From Dendrobates tinctorius (taxonomy: Eukaryota), in assembly GCF_039654945.1 (NCBI RefSeq), contig NW_027361897.1:9982001-10046000 (forward strand): 64,000 bases of DNA. Reading direction: 5' to 3'. Under the pieces are notes generated by a model that was not told the origin of the DNA, did not search any database, and was given only the letters and a program-made list of their open reading frames with translations. Both the position numbers and the translations under genes were made by a program. This document shows, piece by piece, positions 1 to 11,857 of the stretch. Position 1 is the first letter of the stretch. Every line of letters starts with the position of its first letter.

Positions 1-302
1 AACATCTTCGTTATGTCCACAGTTATGTACTGTAAATGGTTGGTGTAGGCAGTCCCATACGCGTTGTTCATTGCCAGTGCATTGCACATCATCCAATACA
101 ATTACTCCTTGTCCTTGGCCAAATGCAGCACTGCCATTAAATGCAAGAGCTTGGCCACAATTTAACTGCCGGCATACAACTTGTGCAGCATTCAGATCAA
201 AATAATCATCACACACAGTTCCCCATGCTCCATTATAGAGGATTTCTACACGACCGTTACATTGACCATTGCCATTTACCAGTCGTAAAGACAAGTCTGA
301 AC
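1..302 (-). CDS. SRCR exon E1 (partial, 3' end outside window)
   Basis: Near-identical to the other SRCR exons; acceptor TTTTTAG ends at 303. Confidence 0.88.
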
Positions 303-937
303 CTAAAAATAAGGAGAATGGTCATTTCTAAAAACATTTTATTGTAAATTATCTTAAAAGGGAACCAGACAGGTCCCCTCTGTCTTCCCAACCACCAGCA
401 TTTATATTATTGTTACTAAATACCCTGCCTATTCAGCATTTTTTAGTGTTTAACAACTAAATACAGATTTTAAAATTTTTTTTATAAATACTGATGAGCG
501 GACATTTTCAGAAAACGTTCAACAATCTCAAATTTGGCATGAATGCAGCTCATTGGGATTTGTGTACAGATTTTCGAGCATTTTCCCTTAAACCCGGCAA
601 AATTCCGGGAACAGTTCAGTAATTGAAAGGGATTTCACTAATGCTTTGTCAGGACTTTGTCTTGAAGAGTGGTAATGAATTTTGAGTGTGGGGTCTTTAA
701 TGAGGGGATTTAATGGGGAGAGGTCAGAGGAGCGACGGCCTGTTTTTCTTTCTTTTTTAATTTTTTTTCTTCTTTATATTAACTTAATGTATGCAGATTC
801 AGGCAGCCAATTACAGCACAAATACCATCCACAATGACCAGACATAAGTGCTTCTGCTATTGGCTGCCAAAATCACATGTCCCTCTACATATAAAAAGCG
901 AGTATGTTATTTGGGTGTCGTGATTTTGTCAGTGTAA

Positions 938-1321
938 AGGTACTGTCACGCTTAGCGATGCACCAGCGATCCCGACCAGTGATATGACGGGGTCAGGATC
1001 GCTGTTGCATCGCTAAGTGGTCGCTAGTGAGCTGCCACACAGGCAGATCTCACCAGCGAGATCGATGGGGTCGGGGGTCGCTACTTACCTGTCAGACGAG
1101 GCGATGAAGACGTCCTCCTGCCCGCATCCACGCGTCGCTCGTCTCTCCACAGGAAGCGCCGCAGGAAGCTGACGACGAGAAACAGTCCTGGACGTTCTCA
1201 CGCGATCAGCGATAACCAGCGGGGGAGCGGGTCTTAGGTAAGTATCAGACATAGCAATATCGCTATAACGTCACAAGTTATAGCTATATTGCTAGTGATA
1301 TCGCTAAGTATGACAGTACCT
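938..1321. mobile_element. 384-bp MITE, PIF/Harbinger-like (copy 1)
   Basis: 22-bp TIRs AGGTACTGTCACGCTTAGCGAT / ATCGCTAAGTATGACAGTACCT (2 mismatches); flanks TAA...TAG versus empty site GTGTAACAG in B introns, consistent with a 3-bp TWA-type TSD with one mismatch. Confidence 0.85.
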
Positions 1322-1444
1322 TAGCAGTAGAGAGGCTGCTTCTATGGCTGTTGCAAGTTGTCAGATAGTTAGAAATGCAGTTTATTGTCAGCTACTTCAG
1401 TCATATAGGATCCTGTGTAAAATCAACCTTCCATCATCTAAAAT

Positions 1445-2065
1445 GATTGTGCTAATAGTTTGGTGCAGGCAGGAGGCCACATTTCCTTATCACAATAACT
1501 TGGATTAATATTGTGGTGCAGGAAGGAGGCTACATTTCCTAATGAAAATCGTTTGGACTAACATTGTGGTGCAGGCAGGTGGCCATATTTCCTAATTAAA
1601 ATTGTTTGGCCAAATATTGTGGTGCAGGCAGAAGGCCACATTTCCCAATCATGATGTTTTGGGCTAATATTGTGGTGCCAGCAATAGTCCATGTTTCCTA
1701 ATCAAACTTGTATGGGCTGAAATTTTGTGGTTCAAAAAGGAGACCACATTTCTTTATCTAAATTATTTGTGCTAATATGGTTTTACAGGCAGTTTGTCAT
1801 ATTTCATAATCTAAATCCTTTCAGCTAATAGTGTGGTCCAGACAACAGCCTACATTTTTTAATCTCAATCATTTCTTACAAAAGTTTGGTCCATACACTA
1901 AATCTTCTATTTTATTATTGCAGTGCACGCAGGAGGCAGAAGGCCACATTTCCTAATTTAAATCGTTTGTGCTAATATTCTGGTGCAGGCAGGAGGCCAC
2001 ATTTCCTAATCTAAATTGTGCTAAAATTCTAATGCAGGCAGGAGGACACATGACCTAATCTAATA
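1445..2065. repeat. Degenerate 53-bp minisatellite, type A version (present in every intron)
   Basis: TGTGGTGC recurs with its C at 1519, 1572, 1625, 1678; consensus TTGTGCTAATATTGTGGTGCAGGCAGGAGGCCACATTTCCTAATCTAAATCGT. Confidence 0.88.
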
Positions 2066-2402
2066 TTAGCTGAATATTGGTTATTAATAGTCAAACATAA
2101 CATTTATAATTATTATGTGGAATAAAACACTGTAACAGAAACCCATCAGCATCTCATTATTGTGGTTTCAATACAACTCACAAAGGCATCCTACTACCAC
2201 ATAAAACCCCTTAACATTTTGGATTTAATGGAGAAGGCACCAAAGTACCTCCAGTCCATTAAGATTTTCTTAAAACATAAAATATTTATTGTTTGAGTTA
2301 CCCTTAGTTGTAGAAAATATGAAAATGTGGATTAATTTAACATCTATGCAAACAAAATGATGTGAGATCAATGAATAAGATTTCATCATTTTGAAAATAT
2401 AC

Positions 2403-2720
2403 CTGAGCAGACAACTCCAACATCTTCATTATGTCCACAGTTATGTACTGTAAATGGTTGGTGTAGGCAGTCCCATACGCGTTGTTCATTGCCGGTGCAT
2501 TGCACATCATCCAATACAATTACTCCTTGTCCTTGGCCAAATGCAGCACTGCCATTAAATGCAAGAGCTTGGCCACAATTTAACTGCCGGCATACAACTT
2601 GTGCAGCATTCAGATCAAAATAATCATCACACACAGTTCCCCATGCTCCATTATAGAGGATTTCTACACGACCGTTACATTGACCATTGCCATTTACCAG
2701 TCGTAAAGACAAGTCTGAAC
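2403..2720 (-). CDS. SRCR exon E2 (318 nt, phase 1-1)
   Basis: 8-Cys SRCR; acceptor TTATTTTTAG|GTTCAG, donor CAG|GTATAT. Confidence 0.92.
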
Positions 2721-3359
2721 CTAAAAATAAGGAGAATGGTCATTTCTAAAAACATTTTATTGTAAATTATCTTAAAAGGGAACCAGACAGGTCCCCTCTG
2801 TCTTCCCAACCAACAGCATTTGTATTATTGTTACTAAATACCCTGCCTATTCAGCATTTTTTAGTGTTTAACAACTAAATACAGATTTTAAAATTTTTTT
2901 TATAAATACTGATGAGCGGACATTTTCAGAAAACGTTCAACAATCTCAAATTTGGCATGAATGCAGCTCATTGGGATTTGTGTACAGATTTTCGCACATT
3001 TTCCCTTAAACCCGGCAAAATTCCGGGAACAGTTCAGTAATTGAAAGGGATTTCACTAATGCTTTGTTAGGACTTTGTCTTGAAGAGTGGTAATGAATTT
3101 TGAGTGGGGGGTCTTTAATGAGGGGATTTAATGGGGAGAGGTCAGAGGAGCGACGGCCTGTTTTTCTTTCTTTCTTTTTTAATTTTTTTTCTTCTTTATA
3201 TTAACTTAATGTATGCAGATTCAGTCAGCCAATCACAGCACAAATACCATCCACAATGACCAGACATAAGTGCTTCTGCTATTGGCTGCCAAAATCACAT
3301 GTCCCTCTACATATAAAAAGCGAATATGTTATTTGGGTGTCGTGATTTTGTCAGTGTAA

Positions 3360-3743
3360 AGGTACTGTCACGCTTAGCGATGCACCAGCGATCCCGACCA
3401 GCGATATGACGGGGTCAGGATCGCTGGTGCATCGCTAAGTGGTCGCTAGGGAGCTGCCACACAGGCAGATCTCACCAGCGAGATCGATGGGGTCGGGGGT
3501 CGCTACTTATCTGTCAGATGAGGCGATGAAGACGTCCTCCTGCCCGCATCCACGCGTCGCTCATCTCTCCACAGGAAGCGCCGCAGGAAGCTGACGACGA
3601 GAAACAGTCCTGGACGTTCTCACGCGATCAGCGATAACCAGCGGGGGAGCGGGTCATAGGTAAGTATCAGACATAGCAATATCGCTATAACGTCACAAGT
3701 TATAGCTATATTGCTAGTGATATCGCTAAGTATGACAGTACCT
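3360..3743. mobile_element. MITE copy 2
   Basis: Same TIRs and homologous insertion site. Confidence 0.85.
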
Positions 3744-4826
3744 TAGCAGTAGAGAGGTTGCTTCTATGGCTGTTGCAAGTTGTCAGATAGTTAGAAATGC
3801 AGTTTATTGTCAGCTACTTCAGTTATATAGGATCCTGTGTAAAATCAACCTTCCATCATCTAAAATAATTGTGCTAATAGTTTGGTGCAGGCAGGAGGCC
3901 ACATTTCCTTATCACAATAACTTGGATTAATATTGTGGTGCAGGAAGGAGGCTACATTTCCTAATGAAAATCGTTTGGACTAACATTGTGGTGCAGGCAG
4001 GTGGCCATATTTCTTAATTAAAATTATTTGGTCAAATATTGTGGTGCAGGCAGAAGGCCACATTTCCCAATCATGATGTTTTGGGCTAATATTGTGGTGC
4101 CAGCAATAGTCCATGTTTCCTAATCAAACTTGTATGGGCTGAAATTTTGTGGTTCAAAAAGGAGACCACATTTCTTTATCTAAATTATTTGTGCTAATAT
4201 GGTTTTACAGGCAGTTTGTCATATTTCATAATCTAAATTCTTTCAGCTAATAGTGTGGTCCAGACAACAGCCTACATTTTTTAATCTCAATCATTTCTTA
4301 CAAAAGTTTGGTCCATACACACTAAATCTTCTATTTTATTATTGCAGTGCACGCAGGAGGCAGAAGGCCACATTTCCTAATCTAAATCGTTTGTGCTAAT
4401 ATTCTGGTGCAGGCAGGAGGCCACATTTCCTTATCTAAATTGTGCTAAAATTCTAATGCAGGCAGGAGGACACATGTCCTAATCTAATATTAGCTGAATA
4501 TTGGTTATTAATAGTCAAACATAACATTTATAATTATTATGTGGAATAAAACACTGTAACAGAAACCCATCAGCATCTCATTATTGTGGTTTCAATACAA
4601 CTCACAAAGGCATCCTACTACCACATAAAACCCCTTAACATTTTGGATTTAATGGAGAAGGAACCAAAGTACCTCCAGTCCATTAAGATTTTCTTAAAAC
4701 ATAAAATATTTATTGTTTGAGTTACCCTTAGTTGTAGAAAATATGAAAATGTGGATTAATTTAACATCTATGCAAACAAAATGATGTGAGATCAATGAAT
4801 AAGATTTCATCATTTTGAAAATATAC

Positions 4827-5153
4827 CTGAGCAGACAACTCCAACATCTTCATTATGTCCACAGTTATGTACTGTAAATGGTTGGTGTAGGCAGTCCCAT
4901 ACGCGTTGTTCATTGCCGGTGCATTGCACATCATCCAATACAATTACTCCTTGTCCTTGGCCAAATGCAGCACTGCCATTAAATGCAAGAGCTTGGCCAC
5001 AATTTAACTGCCGGCATACAACTTGTGCAGCATTCAGATCAAAATAATCATCACACACAGTTCCCCATGCTCCATTATAGAGGATTTCTACACGACCATT
5101 ACATTGACCATTGCCATTTACCAGTCTTAAAGACAAGTCTGAACCTAGAGAAC
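4827..5153 (-). CDS. SRCR exon E3 (327 nt; alternative acceptor at 5144)
   Basis: 8-Cys SRCR; acceptor T8AG|GTTCTCTAG|GTTCAG. Confidence 0.9.
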
Positions 5154-5335
5154 CTAAAAAAAAGGAGAATGGTCATTTCTAAAAACATTTTATTGTAAAT
5201 TATCTTAAAAAGAACCAGAAAGGTCCTCTACGTGATCACAACCACCAGCATTTGTGTTATTGTTATTAAATACCCTGCTTTTTCATCTCTTTATTGTGTA
5301 AACACCTAAATGCAGATTAAAAAAAAAATTATAAA

Positions 5336-5800
5336 TAGTGATGAGCGGACTTTTTTGGAAAACGTTCAACAATCTCAAATTTGGCCGGAAAGCAGCTCAT
5401 TTGTATTTGTGTTTAGATTTATGAGCATTTTCCCTTAAAACTTGCAATATTCCAGGAAAAGTTCAGTAAATGACCGTGATTCCGCTAATGCTTTGTTACG
5501 ACTTTTTCTTGGATAGCGGTGCTGAATTTTGAGTGGGGGGGTCTTTAATGAGGGGATTTAATGGGGAGAGGTCAGAGAAGCAACTGACTGTTTTTCATTA
5601 TTTTCTTTTTCAAATTTTTTTCTTTTTTATAATAACTTACAATGTGTAGATTCTGGCAGCCAATCACAGCACAAATACCATCCACAATGTCCAGACACAA
5701 GTGCTTCTGCAATTGGCTGCCAAAATCACATGTCCCTCTCCTTATAAAAAGTGAAGATGTTGTTGGGGGTGTCCCGATTTTGTCAGTGTAACAGAAGTGA
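5336..5800 (+). mobile_element. Probable old hAT-like element left end (relic present in every intron)
   Basis: TAGTGATGAGCG at 5336 (TACTGATGAGCG at 489 in type A) matches the young element terminus TAGAGTTGAGCG at 10/12; no right end or TSD found, so extent is approximate. Confidence 0.4.
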
Positions 5801-5914
5801 GAGGCTTCTTCTATGGCTGTTGCAAGTTGTCAGATAGTTAGAAATGCAGCTTATTGTCAGCTACTTAAGTTGTATAGAATCCTGTGTAAAATCAACCTTC
5901 CGTTATCTAAAATG

Positions 5915-6630
5915 ATTGTGCTAATAGTTAGGAGGCCACATTTCCTATTTACAATAATTTGGATTAATATTGTCGTCCAGGAAGGAGGCTACATTTCCTA
6001 ATGAACATCGTTTGGACTAACATTGTGGTGCAGGCAGGATGCCATAATTCCTAATAAAAATTCTTTGGGCTAATATTGTGGTAAAGGCAGAAGACCACAT
6101 TTCCCAGTCATGATGTTCTGGGCTAATATTGTGGTGCCAGCAAGACTCCATGTTTCCTAATCAAACTTGCTTCGGCTAAAAATTTTTGGTTTGAAAAGGA
6201 GGCCTCATTTCTTTATCTAAATTATTTGTGCTAATATGGTGTTACAGAGAGGTCTTCATATTTCAGAATCTAAATCCTTTCAGCTAATAGTGTGGTCCTG
6301 ACACCAGCCTGCACTTTTTAATCTCAATCCTTTTTGACAATAGTTTAGTTCATACACATTAAATCTTCTGTTCTATTATTGAAGTGCACGCAGGAGGCAG
6401 GAGACCATATTTTCTAATCTAAATTGTTTGTGCTACTATTGTGGTGCAGGCAGGAGGCCACATTTCCTAAACTAAATCGTTTGTGCTAATATTCTGGTGC
6501 AGGCATAATGCTACATTTCCTATTCTAAATCATTTGTGCCAATATTCTGGTGCAGTCAGGAGGCCATATTTCCTAATGTAAATTGTGCTAAAATTCTCAT
6601 GCAGGCAGGAGGACACATGTTCCAATCTAA
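5915..6630. repeat. Degenerate 53-bp minisatellite, type B version (about 2 extra units)
   Basis: Same consensus as type A. Confidence 0.85.
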
Positions 6631-6965
6631 TATTAGCTGAATATTGATTATTATTAGTCAAAAAAAACATTAATAATTATTATGTAGATTAAAACCCTGT
6701 AACAGAAACCCATCAGCATCTCATTATTGTGGTGTCAATACACCTGACAAAGGCATCCTATTACCATATAAAACCCCTTAACATTTTGGACTTAATGGGG
6801 AAGGAACCAAAGTACCTCCAGTCCATTAAGATTTTCTTACAAAAAAAACTATTGTTTGAGTTAACCTTAGTTGTAGAAAATATGAAAATGTGGATTAATT
6901 TAACATCTATGCAAACAAAATGATGTGAGATCACTGAATAAGATTTCATCATTTCGAAAATATAC

Positions 6966-7283
6966 CTGAGCAGACAACTCCAACATCTTCATTATGTCCA
7001 CAGTTATGTACTGTAAATGGTTGGTGTAGGCAGTCCCATACGCGTTGTTCATTGCCGGTGCATTGCACGTCATCCAATACAATTACTCCTTGTCCTTGGC
7101 CAAATGCAGCACTGCCATTAAATGCAATAGCTTGGCCACAATTTAACTGCCGGCATACAACTTGTGCAGCATTCAGATCAAAATAATCATCACACACAGT
7201 TCCCCATGCTCCATTATAGAGGACTTCTACACGACCGTTACATTGACCATTGCCATTTACCAGTCGTAAAGACAAGTCTGAAC
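6966..7283 (-). CDS. SRCR exon E4 (VEVL/GQAIA variant)
   Basis: 8-Cys SRCR, canonical splice sites. Confidence 0.92.
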
Positions 7284-7920
7284 CTAAAAATAAGGAGAAT
7301 GGTCATTTCTAAAAACATTTTATTGTAAATTATCTTAAAAGGGAACCAGACAGGTCCCCTCTGTCCTCCCAACCACCAGCATTTGTATTATTGTTACTAA
7401 ATACCCTGCCTATTCAGCCTTTTATAGTGTTTAACAACTAAATACAGATTTTAAAATTTTTTTTATAAATACTGATGAGCGGACATTTTCAGAAAACGTT
7501 CAACAATCTCAAATTTGGCATGAATGCAGCTCATTGGGATTTGTGTACAGATATTCGAGCATTTTCCCTTAAACCCGGCAAAATTCCGGGAACAGTTCAG
7601 TAATTGAAAGGGATTTCACTAATGCTTTGTTAGGACTTTGTCTTGAAGAGTGATAATGAATTTTGAGTGGGGGGTCTTTAATGAAGGGATTTAATGGGGA
7701 GAGGTCAGAGGAGCGACGGCCTGTTTTTTTCTTTCTTTTTTAATTTTTTTTCTTCTTTATATTAACTTAATGTATGCAGATTCAGGCAGCCAATCACAGC
7801 ACAAATACCATCCACAATGACCAGACATAAGTGCTTCTGCTATTGGCTGCCAAAATCACATGTCCCTCTACATATAAAAAGCGAATATGTTTTTTGGGTG
7901 TCGTGATTTTGTCAGTGTAA

Positions 7921-8316
7921 AGGTACTGTCACGCTTAGCGATGCACCAGCTATCTCGACCAGCGATATGACGGGGTCAGGATCGCTGGTGCAACGCTAAG
8001 TGATCGCTAGTGAGCTGCCACACAGGCAGATCTTACCAGCGAGATCGATGGGGTCGGGGGTCGCTACTTACCTGTCAGACGAGGCGATGAAGACGTCCTC
8101 CTGCCCGCGTCCACGCGTCGCTCGTCTCTCCACAGGAAGCGCCGCAGGAAGCTGACGACGAGAAACAGTCCTGGACGTTCTCACGCGATCAGCGATAACC
8201 ATCGGGGGAGCGGGTCGTAGGTACGTATCAGACATAGCAATATCGCTAGCAATATCGCTATAACGTCACAAGTTATAGCTATATTGCTAGTGATATCGCT
8301 AAGTATGACAGTACCT
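7921..8316. mobile_element. MITE copy 3 (12-bp internal duplication)
   Basis: Same TIRs; AGCAATATCGCT doubled. Confidence 0.85.
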
Positions 8317-9399
8317 TAGCAGTAGAGAGGCTGCTTCTATGGCTGTTGCAAGTTGTCAGATAGTTAGAAATGCAGTTTATTATCAGCTACTTCAGTTATA
8401 TAGGATCCTGTGTAAAATCAACCTTCCATCATCTAAAATGATTGTGCTAACAGTTTGGTGCAGGCAGGAGGCCACATTTCCTTATCACAATAACTTGGAT
8501 TAATATTGTGGTGCAAGAAGGAGGCTACATTTACTAATGAAAATCGTTTGTACTAACATTGTGGTGCAGGCAGGTGGCCATATTTCCTAATTAAAATTGT
8601 TTGGTCAAATATTGTGGTGCAGGCAGAAGGCCACATTTCCCAATCATGATGTTTTGGGCTAATATTGTGGTGCCAGCAATAGTCCATGTTTCCTAATCAA
8701 AATTGTATGGGCTGAAATTTTGTGGTTCAAAAAGAAGACCACATTTCTTTATCTAAATTATTTGTGCTAATATGGTTTTACAGGCAGTTTGTCATATTTC
8801 ATAATCTAAATCCTTTCAGCTAATAGTGTGGTCCAGACAACAGCCTACATTTTTTAATTTCAATCATTTCTTACAAAAGTTTGGTCCATACACACTAAAT
8901 CTTCTATTTTATTATTGCAGTGCACACAGGAGGCAGAAGGCCACATTTCCTAATCTAAATCGTTTGTGCTAATATTCTGGTGCAGGCAGGAGGCCACATT
9001 TCCTAATGTAAATTGTGCTAAAATTCTAATGCAGGCAGGAGGACACATGTCCTAATCTAATATTAGCTGAATATTGGTTATTAATAGTCAAGCATAACAT
9101 TTATAATTATTATGTGGAATAAAACACTTTAACAGAAACCCATCAGCATCTCATTATTGTGGTTTCAATACAACTCACAAAGGCATCCTACTACCACTTA
9201 AAACCCCTTAACATTTTGGATTTAATGGAGAAGGAACCAAAGTACCTCCAGTCCATTCAGATTTTCTTAAAACATTAAATATTTATTGTTTGAGTTACAC
9301 TTAGTTGTAGAAAATATGAAAATGTGGATTAATTTAACATCTATGCAAACAAAATGATGTGAGATCAATGAATAAGATTTCATCATTTTGAAAATATAC

Positions 9400-9726
9400 C
9401 TGAGCAGACAACTCCAACATCTTCATTATGTCCACAGTTATGTACTGTAAATGGTTGGTGTAGGCAGTCCCATACGCGTTGTTCATTGCCGGTGCATTGC
9501 ACATCATCCAATACAATTACTCCTTGTCCTTGGCCAAATGCAGCACTGCCATTAAATGCAAGAGCTTGGCCACAATTTAACTGCCGGCATACAACTTGTG
9601 CAGCATTCAGATCAAAATAATCATCACACACAGTTCCCCATGCTCCATTATAGAGGATTTCTACACGACCATTACATTGACCATTGCCATTTACCAGTCT
9701 TAAAGACAAGCCTGAACCTAGAGAAC
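9400..9726 (-). CDS. SRCR exon E5 (327 nt; linker D->G)
   Basis: 8-Cys SRCR, tandem acceptors. Confidence 0.9.
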
Positions 9727-11539
9727 CTAAAAAAAAGGAGAATGGTCATTTCTAAAAACATTTTATTGTAAATTATCTTAAAAAGAACCAGAAAGGTCCT
9801 CTACGTGATCACAACCACCAGCATTTGTGTTATTGTTACTAAATACCCTGCTTTTTCATCCCTTTATTGTGTAAACACCTAAATGCAGATTAAAAAAAAA
9901 ATATTATAAATAGTGATGAGTGGACTTTTTTGGAAAACGTTCAACAATCTCAAATTTGGCCGGAAAGCAGCTCATTTGTATTTGTGTTTAGATTTATGAG
10001 CATTTTCCCTTAAAACTTGCAATATTCCGGGAACCGTTCAGTAAATGACCGTGATTCCGCTAATGCTTTGTTACGACTTTTTCTTGGATAGCGGTGCTGA
10101 ATTTTGAGTGGGGGGTCTTTAATGAGGGGATTTAATGGGGAGAGGTCAGAGAAGCAACTGACTGTTTTTCATTTTTTTCTTTTTCAAATTTTTTTCTTCT
10201 TTATAATAACTTACAATGTGTAGATTCTGGCAGCCAATCACAGCACAAATACCATCCACAATGTCCAGACACAAGTGCTTCTGCAATTGGCTGCCAAAAT
10301 CACATGTCCCTCTCCTTATAAAAAGTGAAGATGTTGTTGGGGGTGTCCCGATTTTGTCAGTGTAACAGAAGTGAGAGGCTTCTTCTATGGCTGTTGCAAG
10401 TTGTCAGATAGTTAGAAATGCAGCTTATTGTCAGCTACTTAAGTTGTATAGAATCCTGTGTAAAATCAACCTTCCGTTATCTAAAATGATTGTGCTAATA
10501 GTTAGGAGGCCACATTTCCTAATTACAATAATTTGGATTAATATTGTCGTCCAGGAAGGAGGCTACATTTCCTAATGAACATCGTTTGGACTAACATTGT
10601 GGTGCAGGCAGGATGCCATAATTCCTAATAAAAATTCTTTGGGCTAATATTGTGGTGCAGGCAGAAGACCACATTTCCCAGTCATGATGTTCTGGGCTAA
10701 TATTGTGGTGCCAGCAAGACTCCATGTTTCCTAATCAAACTTGCTTCGGCTAAAAATTTTTGGTTTGAAAAGGAGGCCTCATTTCTTTATCTAAACTATT
10801 TGTGCTAATATGGTGTTACAGGCAGGTCTTCATATTTCAGAATCAAAATCCTTTCAGCTAATAGTGTGGTCCTGACACCAGCCTGCACTTTTTAATCTCA
10901 ATCCTTTTTGACAATAGTTTAGTTCATACACACTAAATCTTCTGTTCTATTATTGAAGTGCACGCAGGAGGCAGGAGACCATATTTTCTAATCTAAATTG
11001 TTTGTGCTACTATTGTGGTGCAGGCAGGAGGCCACATTTCCTAATCTAAATCGTTTGTGCTAATATTCTGGTGCAGGCATAATGCCACATTTCCTATTCT
11101 AAATCATTTGTGCCAATATTCTGGTGCAGTCAGGAGGCCATATTTCCTAATCTAAATTGTGCTAAAATTCTCATGCAGGCAGGAGGACACATGTTCCAAT
11201 CTAATATTAGCTGAATATTGATTATTATTAGTCAAACAAAACATTAATAATTATTATGTAGATTAAAACCCTGTAACAGAAACCCATCAACATCTCATTA
11301 TTGTGGTGTCAATACACCTGACAAAGGCATCCTATTACCATATAAAACCCCTTAACATTTTGGACTTAATGGGGAAGGAACCAAAGTACCTCCAGTCCAT
11401 TAATATTTTCTTATAAAAAAAAATATTGTTTGAGTTAACCTTAGTTGTAGAAAATATGAAAATGTGGATTAATTTAACATCTATGCAAACAAAATGATGT
11501 GAGGTCACTGAATAAGATTTCATCATTTCAAAAATATAC

Positions 11540-11857
11540 CTGAGCAGACAACTCCAACATCTTCGTTATGTCCACAGTTATGTACTGTAAATGGTTGGTG
11601 TAGGCAGTCCCATACGCGTTGTTCATTGCCAGTGCATTGCACATCATCCAATACAATTACTCCTTGTCCTTGGCCAAATGCAGCACTGCCATTAAATGCA
11701 AGAGCTTGGCCACAATTTAACTGCCGGCATACAACTTGTGCAGCATTCAGATCAAAATAATCATCACACACAGTTCCCCATGCTCCATTATAGAGGATTT
11801 CTACACGACCGTTACATTGACCATTGCCATTTACCAGTCGTAAAGACAAGTCTGAAC
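11540..11857 (-). CDS. SRCR exon E6
   Basis: 8-Cys SRCR, canonical splice sites. Confidence 0.92.

Noticed and set aside
141-347. Repeated 68/71/83-aa plus-strand ORFs and 60-aa minus-strand ORFs
   Set aside because: Antisense or alternate-frame shadows of the SRCR exon, recurring only because the unit is repeated
1445-2065. CRISPR-like repeat-spacer array
   Set aside because: Contiguous degenerate 53-bp tandem units without unique spacers, no cas genes, spliced eukaryotic context
2100-2340. DMBT1-type SID micro-exon
   Set aside because: Candidate donor GTGAGT exists only in type A, with no convincing acceptor or Ser/Thr/Pro-rich frame shared by A and B; micro-exons cannot be fully excluded without cDNA
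2386-2712. 108-aa ORFs as separate single-exon genes
   Set aside because: The start is a TTG inside the exon with no signal peptide; canonical phase-1 splice sites bracket the domain; the GIFSK tail is intronic read-through
5813-6952. 61-64-aa intronic ORFs (MAVASCQ..., MMKSYS..., MVSIHL...)
   Set aside because: No recognisable domain, disrupted in paralogous introns, no supporting splice context
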